Source of the DNA: Patescibacteria group bacterium
GTDB lineage: Bacteria; Patescibacteriota; Patescibacteriia; Patescibacteriales; UBA12465
Assembly: GCA_035269015.1 (NCBI GenBank)
Contig: DATFJU010000031.1
Span: forward strand, 41,326 to 105,325
Length of the DNA stretch: 64,000 nt
Reading direction: 5' to 3'
The position numbers and the translations under genes are program-made. This document shows, piece after piece, positions 37,705 through 45,840 of the stretch; the first letter of the stretch is position 1; each line of letters begins with the position of its first letter. Below the pieces are notes generated by a model, which saw nothing but the letters and a program-made list of their open reading frames with translations, was not told the origin of the DNA and ran no database searches.

Positions 37705-37750
37705 TATATCAACTTAATTCATATATATCAACTTAATTCATATATATCAA
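37705..37750. repeat. 19-bp tandem repeat (~2.4 copies)
   Basis: TATATCAACTTAATTCATA at 37705 and 37724, partial copy at 37743. Confidence 0.9.
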
Positions 37751-37770
37751 TATTAGATTATTATTTCTCT

Positions 37771-38307
37771 TTATTTCCTTTCTAATAAATAAGGTCTTAA
37801 GCGTCTACTTGTAAACTTAACAACATAAAATAGTAAGGCCATAATAATGCTATGAAAGATTAACTTATAACTAAGAGCCCGCCAAAACCAAACTTGGGCT
37901 ATAATAAAACTATTTGCATTTTGATAAATACTAAAAATAGAATCTATAATTTGGTAAGAGAAATTAAAAATCACAGTTGCAAAAGCTGTGATAACAATAA
38001 AAGAATAAATTGATCTATTAGTAAAAAAACTAAGTTGTAAATATCTAGAAGCTATGGCTGTACTAAAAAAGCTAATGATATAAATAGAAAAAATATTAAA
38101 AGAAAAAATATCAAATATAAAGCCAATTAAAAAAGCAAAATAAAGATAATAATCTTTTCTTCCTAAAATAACTACTAATATAAGAAGGATTAAAGGTAGG
38201 TTAATTAAATTAAAAGGTACACCCGCAGAAGATATAAAGGTAAACTGCAAAATAATCAAACAATAACTTAAAAATATTTGCAAAGCTAATTTAAAATACT
38301 TAGTCAT
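37771..38307 (-). CDS. mreD: Rod shape-determining protein MreD
   Basis: Polytopic membrane protein with GFIFDIFS motif directly after mreC. Confidence 0.75.
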   Translation of the reverse strand: MTKYFKLALQIFLSYCLIILQFTFISSAGVPFNLINLPLILLILVVILGRKDYYLYFAFLIGFIFDIFSFNIFSIYIISFFSTAIASRYLQLSFFTNRSIYSFIVITAFATVIFNFSYQIIDSIFSIYQNANSFIIAQVWFWRALSYKLIFHSIIMALLFYVVKFTSRRLRPYLLERK

Positions 38308-38310
38308 ATA

Positions 38311-39123
38311 TTAAAGAGTAAGCACAGCTAAAAAATCAATTTTATTTAAATTATACAAAGGCTCAATAATAGCTTCCTGCCAAATATCATTGCTTTGTTT
38401 GGAGACAGAGCTAACTTCACCAATAATTAATCCAGGAGGTATATTTTTTTCCAATCCTGAGCTTACCACTAAATCACCAATATTTATATCATATTCCTGA
38501 GGAATAAGATTCATGGATATAGTTAAGCCTAAACTACCTTGTACCACTCCCTGGGCTTCACTTTGCTCAGAAAAACGGGCAGCAAATTTACAGTCTTCAT
38601 TAATACTTAAACAAACTTGAGCTGAGTTGTCATGAAGTGACAATATCTTTCCCACCAATATTCCTTCCTCATTTATCACAGCCATACCTTCCCTTAATCC
38701 ATCTTCTGAGCCTTTATTAAGATAAATGTTACTTTGATTTGCATTTTGAGACAATAAATTATCTGAAGCTACTACTCTTGCCATTACCTTATTGTATTCA
38801 TTATCTTCAAAGAAATTTAAATAATTTCTTAATTTATCATTTTCTCTTTCTACTTCCTGCCACTTAGCTTTTTCAGCTAATAACTCATTAACTTGTATTT
38901 GCAGATTTTCGTTATTTTCTTTTAAATTTCTTTCTTCTTGAGAACCCTTAAAAGATGGCTTCCAATTACTGCCTAAATTATAAAAAACTTCTCCACCTTT
39001 ATTTATCCCACCAATAATTGTTTTCTCTATAGGTTTTAAAGCATTTAAGTAATGCAAAAATACAAGCAATATAAATAAAGCTAGAATAAAGTATATTTTC
39101 TTTTTATTAAAAGTTTTCTGCAT
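38311..39123 (-). CDS. mreC: Rod shape-determining protein MreC
   Basis: TM, coiled coil (ENDKLR), NKGSEDG, GILVGKI, GDLVVSSGL, PPGLIIG. Confidence 0.93.
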   Translation of the reverse strand: MQKTFNKKKIYFILALFILLVFLHYLNALKPIEKTIIGGINKGGEVFYNLGSNWKPSFKGSQEERNLKENNENLQIQVNELLAEKAKWQEVERENDKLRNYLNFFEDNEYNKVMARVVASDNLLSQNANQSNIYLNKGSEDGLREGMAVINEEGILVGKILSLHDNSAQVCLSINEDCKFAARFSEQSEAQGVVQGSLGLTISMNLIPQEYDINIGDLVVSSGLEKNIPPGLIIGEVSSVSKQSNDIWQEAIIEPLYNLNKIDFLAVLTL

Positions 39124-39131
39124 GAAATATA

Positions 39132-40175
39132 TTAATCTTCCATGTCAGCAGAAGAGACTATCTTTTCTAAAAGCTCAAAATCATCAAGCAACGCACCAGC
39201 TCCTCTAGACACACAAGTTAAGGGGTCTTCTACAATATTAACGGGGATTTTAGTAGCTTGAGCAATAGCTTTATCCAAACCCCTAAGCATAGACCCACCA
39301 CCTGAAATATATATACCCCTTTGATAAATATCAGAAACTAACTCAGGAGGTGTATTTTCTAAAGTATTTTTAATATTATCTACCATTTTACTTACAGTTT
39401 TAGAAATAGCTTCTCTAACTTGATCATCACTTATATTTATAGCTTTTGGTAAACCAGTTAAGAGATCTCTACCTCTAACTTCTATTGTTTTAGGTTCTTC
39501 TAATGGCAAAGCACTACCAATCTCAATCTTTACCTTCTCTGCTAATTGTTCTCCAATTAAAATGTTAAACTCTTCTTTAATATAATCAACAATATTAGTA
39601 TCAAACTCATTACCAGCAATTCTAAGTGACTTCCAAGTAACTACACCGCCTAAAGATATCACAGCAATCTCAGTAGTACCTCCACCAATATCAACCATCA
39701 TAGTAGCAGTGGCTTCAGTGACTGGCAATCCTGAACCAATAGCTGCAGCCATAGCTTCATCTATCAAATATACCTTTCTAGCTCCAGCAGACTTAGCAGC
39801 ATCTTCAACAGCTTTTTTTTCTACCTCTGTTAAGTCAAGTGGAATTCCAATTACAACTCTTGGTCTAGGAATAAGGGTAAAAGTTTCACTGTGAACTTTG
39901 TTAATAAAATACTTAAGCATTTTTTCAGTTACTTCAAAATCAGAAATAACCCCATCAATTAATGGTTTAATAGCTTCAATATGGCCAGGAGTTTTTCCTA
40001 CCATTTTTTTAGCTGCTAGACCTACTTCTAAGATTTCAGCTGTTCTATTATTAATAGCTACCACTGATGGTTCATTAATAATCACTCCTTTATCTTTAAC
40101 ATAAATCAAGGTATTTTTTGTACCCAAGTCTATTCCTAAATCATTGCTAAATTTTCCCAGTAATTTATTAAACAT
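39132..40175 (-). CDS. mreB: Rod shape-determining protein MreB
   Basis: LGIDLGT, EPSVVA, DGVISDF, DIGGGTTE, TPPEL; heads mreBCD. Confidence 0.97.
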   Translation of the reverse strand: MFNKLLGKFSNDLGIDLGTKNTLIYVKDKGVIINEPSVVAINNRTAEILEVGLAAKKMVGKTPGHIEAIKPLIDGVISDFEVTEKMLKYFINKVHSETFTLIPRPRVVIGIPLDLTEVEKKAVEDAAKSAGARKVYLIDEAMAAAIGSGLPVTEATATMMVDIGGGTTEIAVISLGGVVTWKSLRIAGNEFDTNIVDYIKEEFNILIGEQLAEKVKIEIGSALPLEEPKTIEVRGRDLLTGLPKAINISDDQVREAISKTVSKMVDNIKNTLENTPPELVSDIYQRGIYISGGGSMLRGLDKAIAQATKIPVNIVEDPLTCVSRGAGALLDDFELLEKIVSSADMED

Positions 40176-40176
40176 A

Positions 40177-41427
40177 TTATCTTAATTTCGCTAAAACTTC
40201 ATCTAAACTTAAAAACTGTGGCTCTGCTTGTGAGCGCTTTTTAAATTCAATATTATTGTTCTCTATTGTCTTAGAGCTAACTAATATCCTGTTAGGACAA
40301 CCAATAAGATCAGAATCAGCTAACTTCACTCCAGGAGATACATCTCTATCATCATATAAAACTTCAATTCCTTCACTAAGTAACTTCTCATATATTTTAT
40401 CTGCTTCAGAATTTTGTCCTAATGAAAGTAAATGCACACTATATGGTGAAATTGATTCACTCCAGCTCATACCTTTATCATCAGCAAATTTCTCTACTAT
40501 CACACCCATTAAACGACTAGGGCCAATACCATAGGAAGCCATATAAACAATCTCTTTTTCACCTTTTTCATTGGTGAAATAATAATCAAAAGCTTTAGAA
40601 AACTTAGTATTTAAAGGAAAAATGTTGCCAACTTCAGAAGCTTTAGTAACTCGTAAATCCTTATTTTTACACTTAGGACAGCTATCTTGTCTATCTAAGA
40701 CTTCTTTATTTAAAGCTATTTTACACTTATCACAAACATATATTTCGTCTTCACCGGTAGGACATTCAGTTTGAAACTCGTGAGAAAAATCTTTAGTAAA
40801 ATCACCACCAGAAGCTAAAGTAATATAGGTACTATCTCCAATTCCTAGTCTTGCAAAAATTCTTAAATAAGCTTCTTTTACCGACTCATAATATATTTTC
40901 ATATCCTCTTCACTAACATGAAAACTATATAAGTCTTTCATAATAAATTCCCTACCTCTAAGTAATCCAGATTTTGGTCTAGGTTCATTTCTAAACTTAG
41001 TTTGTATTTGATAAACAGCAAAAGGTAAATCTTTATAACTTAAAGCAAACTTTTTAGCAATTGGAGTAATTACTTCTTCATGGGTAGAGTTTAAAACATA
41101 AGAGCCATCATTAACTCTTCTAGACTTTTCATTAGCTCCTCTAGCTTCAAACAGTACATCCATAGTATCCAAACGATTAGTAATTTGCCAATTTTCCTTA
41201 GGTGATAAAGCAGACATAAACATCTCTTGTCCGCCAATAGCATCCATCTCTTCTCTAATAATTTGTTCAATCTTTTTTAAAACTCTATAACCTAAAGGCA
41301 AAAACTCATAAACACCGGCCATTATTTTATCAATAAAACCAGCTTTAATTAACAGCTGAGAGTTTAAACTTTGCTCATCTTTAGCTACTTCTTTACTTGT
41401 TTTTGTAAATAAGGCTGATTGTTTCAT
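40177..41427 (-). CDS. proS: Proline--tRNA ligase, short form lacking editing insertion
   Basis: THEE, QIQTKFRNEPRPKSGLLRGREFIMKDLYSF, SYGIGPSR, YDDR. Confidence 0.95.
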   Translation of the reverse strand: MKQSALFTKTSKEVAKDEQSLNSQLLIKAGFIDKIMAGVYEFLPLGYRVLKKIEQIIREEMDAIGGQEMFMSALSPKENWQITNRLDTMDVLFEARGANEKSRRVNDGSYVLNSTHEEVITPIAKKFALSYKDLPFAVYQIQTKFRNEPRPKSGLLRGREFIMKDLYSFHVSEEDMKIYYESVKEAYLRIFARLGIGDSTYITLASGGDFTKDFSHEFQTECPTGEDEIYVCDKCKIALNKEVLDRQDSCPKCKNKDLRVTKASEVGNIFPLNTKFSKAFDYYFTNEKGEKEIVYMASYGIGPSRLMGVIVEKFADDKGMSWSESISPYSVHLLSLGQNSEADKIYEKLLSEGIEVLYDDRDVSPGVKLADSDLIGCPNRILVSSKTIENNNIEFKKRSQAEPQFLSLDEVLAKLR

Positions 41428-41538
41428 ATGTGCAAATATTTTATACGATATTAAGTCTTATTTAAATTTATCTTAACTTAAATATTTAGGGTTGTAAAGA
41501 TAAATTTTATTTAATTTAATTTATCTGAGTAATCAATA

Positions 41539-42108
41539 TTATATATTTTTCAGTGCTTGTTTCACTCTTTCTCCACTATCACTAATATTTTTATCCACTT
41601 TTCTTAAGGCTTCCCTGGCTTCATTCATGTTATAACCCAAAGCCATTAAAGCATCCATCTCATCACTAGAGCTAACACCTGTTTGTGTATCGGTTTTAAA
41701 GTCAGCTAACTTAGCTATCTTCTCTTTTAACTCTAAGACCACCCTTTGAGCTGTTTTTTTACCTATTCCTGAGACTTTAGTTAACATACCAGCATCTTCT
41801 GAGGCAATAGCTTCTTTTAAGTGATTAGTACTACTTAGTGATAGCACAGCTAAAGCAGACTTGGGTCCAATACCAGATACTGATAGTAGCATCTCAAACA
41901 TTTCTAAATCATCTAAACTTTTAAAACCATATAAGTCTAAGCTGTCTTCTCTAACATGTTGATGGGTATACAACTCTACTTCACTATCTTTAGTAATTTC
42001 ACTATAAATATCAGCACTAACACTAACCTTATAGCCTAAACCTTGATTTAAAATTATTAAATCACCACCTTGTTTAGCAATAATTTTACCTTGAATGTAT
42101 GCAATCAT
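41539..42108 (-). CDS. ruvA: Holliday junction branch migration protein RuvA
   Basis: MIAYIQG, VREDSLDLYGF, VSGIGPKSA, GIGKKTAQR, ALMALGY. Confidence 0.97.
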   Translation of the reverse strand: MIAYIQGKIIAKQGGDLIILNQGLGYKVSVSADIYSEITKDSEVELYTHQHVREDSLDLYGFKSLDDLEMFEMLLSVSGIGPKSALAVLSLSSTNHLKEAIASEDAGMLTKVSGIGKKTAQRVVLELKEKIAKLADFKTDTQTGVSSSDEMDALMALGYNMNEAREALRKVDKNISDSGERVKQALKNI

Positions 42109-42112
42109 ATAA

Positions 42113-43381
42113 TTAATTAATTTTTCTTCTTAAAACACTTAATTGTGGAATCTTCTTCTCAAAATACATATAAACCGTTTGTCCACCTCCACCACCATGA
42201 GCTTCAACTATTTCTTCTTGACTCTCTTTATCTAACATTTTCTTTAACTTAAACTTTATAACTTCATAGCCAGGCATTACTAACTCTAAAGTATCACCTT
42301 TTTTTAAAGTATTGTGAACCTTAATCTCTGTTTTATACTTATAATCACCTTTTACTTTGCTATCATTTTCAGAGCTTATGGTCTGTCCACAAAACTCCCA
42401 ATTAGGTAAATTATTTTCATTTTTTAAGTTCTGAGCTTCCCTGCCGCTGTTAAACATAAAACCTTCAGTAAATCCTCTGTGATATAATTTACTTTCTAAC
42501 TCTTTATATAAATAACTTAATTCTTTTTTTCTATCTTCAGCTCTAAACGATTTATCATTACTAATATCAATAGCTCTACGATATGCTCCTACTACATTAG
42601 CTAAGTAATAGACACTTTTAGCTCTACCCTCTATCTTGAAAGCTTTTATTTTAGCACTAATCATTTCTGGTATTCTTTTTATCAAACAAAGATCTAAAGA
42701 ATTAAAAATATAAGAGCCATTTTTATCTTCCCCTAAAACAAACTTAGCCTCATGACCAAGTGGTTTTACCTCATACTGCCACCTACAAGGTTGAGCGCAA
42801 TCTCCTAAATTAGCATCTCTATCTATTAAATATTTTGATAAAAAACAACGACCAGAATAAGCCATACACAGAGCTCCGTGAACAAAGGTTTCTATTTCTA
42901 AACCAGGCACTTTAGTTATAACTTCCTTTACTTCTTTTAAAGCTAACTCCCTACCTAAAATAACTCTCTTTACACCCATATCCTTATACATCTGAGCTGA
43001 CATCCAATTAGTACAATTAGCTTGAGTACTTAAACTAATCTTTACCTCTGGCCACACCTCTTTAATTAAATATATGAGACCTGGATCAGCCACAAATAAA
43101 GCATCAGGCCCTAAACTTTTTAGTTGTTCTATGTGCCTTTTTACCTTACTTAAATGAGTATTATGAGCAAATATATTTACCGTAACATAAGCTTTCTTAT
43201 TTATACTGTGAGCATAATCAATTCCTGCTTTCATATCCTTTAAACTAAAGTCATTAATACGTACCCGCAAAGAAAAATCAGGTAGACCAAAATAGACGGC
43301 GTCAGCGCCGAAAGCAAAGGCTGTTTTTAGTTTTAATAAATTACCAGCTGGAGCTAGTAATTCCACTTTATTTTTTTTCAT
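42113..43381 (-). CDS. Peptidase U32 family, TrhP/YegQ-like tRNA hydroxylation protein
   Basis: ELLAPAG, GADAVY, STQAN, FVHGALCMAYSGRC...CAQPCR (four Cys), KIEGRAKS. Confidence 0.88.
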   Translation of the reverse strand: MKKNKVELLAPAGNLLKLKTAFAFGADAVYFGLPDFSLRVRINDFSLKDMKAGIDYAHSINKKAYVTVNIFAHNTHLSKVKRHIEQLKSLGPDALFVADPGLIYLIKEVWPEVKISLSTQANCTNWMSAQMYKDMGVKRVILGRELALKEVKEVITKVPGLEIETFVHGALCMAYSGRCFLSKYLIDRDANLGDCAQPCRWQYEVKPLGHEAKFVLGEDKNGSYIFNSLDLCLIKRIPEMISAKIKAFKIEGRAKSVYYLANVVGAYRRAIDISNDKSFRAEDRKKELSYLYKELESKLYHRGFTEGFMFNSGREAQNLKNENNLPNWEFCGQTISSENDSKVKGDYKYKTEIKVHNTLKKGDTLELVMPGYEVIKFKLKKMLDKESQEEIVEAHGGGGGQTVYMYFEKKIPQLSVLRRKIN

Positions 43382-44327
43382 TAAATCTTTTTACCCTAAT
43401 TAATCCTGAAGTAGGGATAACTTCAATACCTTGTTTTTCTATTTCATCTAAGAACAGATTCATACCTAAAGAATCAGAACTCATATGTCCAGCAATAATT
43501 ACATTCATATGATGCTTTTCTGCTTCTTTCCTGTGCTCTTCTGACATATGCATACCAATAATGGTACCAAAACCATAATGAGCCATTTTTTCAAAAACAT
43601 CTTTAGAGCCAGAAGTACCACCAGTAAATTCTGTTACCACTACCTTACCTACTCTACTATCCTTAGAACCAGCAAAAAGTTTCGGACCAACTTGTCTAGC
43701 ACTTGATTCTTGATACTCTGGAATCTCTTTAAAAATAGCAAATATATCTTCTACATATTCTGGTTTTTTCTCTTGTATTAAATCGTGCATAAATCTAGCT
43801 GCTAAATTATCAGCTGTAGTATGAGTGCACATAAAATCTAATCCTAGAATTTTAGCAGTATCCACAGCTCGATAATGATTAATAGGTGATAAACCTCTGT
43901 TTACCTCCTCTGCTCTAAATTTAGTAACAGCTTCAGCTATATTAATAGGCAATCCATATTTAGCTAAAACCTCAGCCTGTAAATCCATCACTGCTGATAA
44001 CTCTGCTAAAGCAGCTCCTTGAGGATGGTGAGAAATTACTAAATCTACATCTCCTAATTTATCAGCTAACAATAACTCAGAACTATCGATATCAATTCCA
44101 GTCATCACCTTTTTTATTTCTCTAGTCTCATCAGGATTATTTAAAATCCTACTATCAACATAAGGGTTATTTAATTTTTCCTTATCAAATTCAACTTTTT
44201 GTTTTTCAGAAAGTTCATTAAACTTTTTATTTATACGAGTCATTCTTTTTTCAACTTCACTCTTACCTCTTAAGTCGGCTTCAATAGCTTTGTCCACAGC
44301 TATCTTAAATATATCTTTAGTATTCAT
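43368..44327 (-). CDS. NIF3-like (NGG1p-interacting factor) metal-binding protein
   Basis: NPYVDSRIL, GIDID, SHHPQG, HTTADN, GMH, AGHMSSDSLGMN. Confidence 0.85.
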   Translation of the reverse strand: MNTKDIFKIAVDKAIEADLRGKSEVEKRMTRINKKFNELSEKQKVEFDKEKLNNPYVDSRILNNPDETREIKKVMTGIDIDSSELLLADKLGDVDLVISHHPQGAALAELSAVMDLQAEVLAKYGLPINIAEAVTKFRAEEVNRGLSPINHYRAVDTAKILGLDFMCTHTTADNLAARFMHDLIQEKKPEYVEDIFAIFKEIPEYQESSARQVGPKLFAGSKDSRVGKVVVTEFTGGTSGSKDVFEKMAHYGFGTIIGMHMSEEHRKEAEKHHMNVIIAGHMSSDSLGMNLFLDEIEKQGIEVIPTSGLIRVKRFNEKK

Positions 44328-44367
44328 ATATAAATTATTAATTATTATATTTATCTTTTTTATTTTC

Positions 44368-45261
44368 TCATTGCATTGATCTAAGCTTAGAAATTCTTTC
44401 TTCTATAGGCGGATGGGTCATAAAAGCTTTTTTAAAAAGGCTTTTTCTCTTTTTTCCCTTCTTATCTTTTAAAGGACTAGCAATAAAGAGATGGGCCATA
44501 GCAGAGTTAGCGTGTTTAAGGCTGTTTTCATCTGCACTAATCTTCTCCAGCGCTTTGGCTAATCCTTCCGGATAACGAGTAAGTAAAGCTCCATCAGCAT
44601 CAGCTAGAAACTCCCTTTTTCTGCTAATAGCAAACTTAATCATATAAGCAAAAATTGGAGCTATAATAATCACTGCGATTAATATAACTAAGAAAATGGG
44701 GTTCTTTTTTGAGTCCCCTCCTTTAAAAAATAATGAGTACCTCAGCATATCAGCTAAAATAACCACTGCTCCCACTAAAACTGTCACCAAGGTAGCAAAC
44801 AACATATCTCTGTTGCCAATATGAGAAAGCTCATGAGCTATAACCCCTTCCAACTCACTTCTTTCCAGCTTTTGTATTAAACCAGTACTCATTGCTATCA
44901 CCGCCTTTTCTTTATTTCTCCCAGTAGCAAAAGCATTCGGGGCAGGATCATGAATTATATAAATTTTAGGTAGTGGTAATCCAGCAGTAATACAAAGATT
45001 TTCCACTAATCTATATATCTCCTTATTATCTTCAAACTTTAATTCTTGAGCTTTAGCCATATTAAGTAATATTTTATGACTATTGTAATAACTAAAAAAG
45101 CTAGCTAAAACACTAATTAACACTGCAATAATTAAAATACTAGGATCATTCATATACCAACTAACACCCCAACCAATAGCGATAATAAAAACAAAAAACA
45201 AAGAAATAAGCAAATAACTCTTTCTAGTATTTGAGCTAGCGTGTGTATATAAATTGGCCAT
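44368..45261 (-). CDS. htpX: M48 zinc metalloprotease HtpX
   Basis: PNAFATG, VIAHELSHI, SRKREFLAD, THPP..ERI. Confidence 0.93.
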   Translation of the reverse strand: MANLYTHASSNTRKSYLLISLFFVFIIAIGWGVSWYMNDPSILIIAVLISVLASFFSYYNSHKILLNMAKAQELKFEDNKEIYRLVENLCITAGLPLPKIYIIHDPAPNAFATGRNKEKAVIAMSTGLIQKLERSELEGVIAHELSHIGNRDMLFATLVTVLVGAVVILADMLRYSLFFKGGDSKKNPIFLVILIAVIIIAPIFAYMIKFAISRKREFLADADGALLTRYPEGLAKALEKISADENSLKHANSAMAHLFIASPLKDKKGKKRKSLFKKAFMTHPPIEERISKLRSMQ

Positions 45262-45266
45262 AGTTG

Positions 45267-45830
45267 TTAGAATTTAACTTCAATATTTTCTGCTTGAGCA
45301 GTTTCAATCTCAAAGTATTCATAAGGGGTAAAGCTTAAACCTTTAGCAATCATATTAGTAGGAAAAACTTGAATCTTAGTGTTAAATTGTCTGACATTAG
45401 AATTAAAGAATCTTCTAGCTGCCTGTATTTTATTCTCTGTATCAGATAGTTCTCTTTGTAGTTCCAGAAAATTAGTATTAGCTTTTAAATCAGGATAACT
45501 TTCTGATAGTGCAAAGATAGACTTTAAAGCTGAGGTCAATGAATTCTCTGCTTCAGCTTGTACTTTAGTATCACCTTTTTGCTGAGAATTAATAGCTTGA
45601 TTTCTCGCTTCAACTACACTATCTAGAGTTTCCCTTTCATGACTAGCATAACCTTTAACTGTTGAAACTAGGTTAGGAATAAGATCATAACGTCTTTTAA
45701 GCTGTACATCAATATCACTCCAAGCTTCATCAACTCTATTTTTTAACTTAATTAAAGAATTATATAAGGAGATAACGATAAGTCCTAGAAGGACTATAGC
45801 TCCAACAATAATCCAAATTGTTGTAGTCAT
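45267..45830 (-). CDS. lemA: LemA family protein
   Basis: AWSDIDVQLKRRYDLIPNLV, ESYPDLKAN, ENKIQAARR. Confidence 0.96.
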   Translation of the reverse strand: MTTTIWIIVGAIVLLGLIVISLYNSLIKLKNRVDEAWSDIDVQLKRRYDLIPNLVSTVKGYASHERETLDSVVEARNQAINSQQKGDTKVQAEAENSLTSALKSIFALSESYPDLKANTNFLELQRELSDTENKIQAARRFFNSNVRQFNTKIQVFPTNMIAKGLSFTPYEYFEIETAQAENIEVKF

Positions 45831-45840
45831 AATTTTGGGG

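Noticed and set aside
37705-37750. Direct repeat as a possible CRISPR mini-array
   Set aside because: Copies are contiguous with no spacers, and there are no cas genes.
41539-42108. ruvA without adjacent ruvB or ruvC
   Set aside because: Split ruv genes are common; the partners may lie outside the window.
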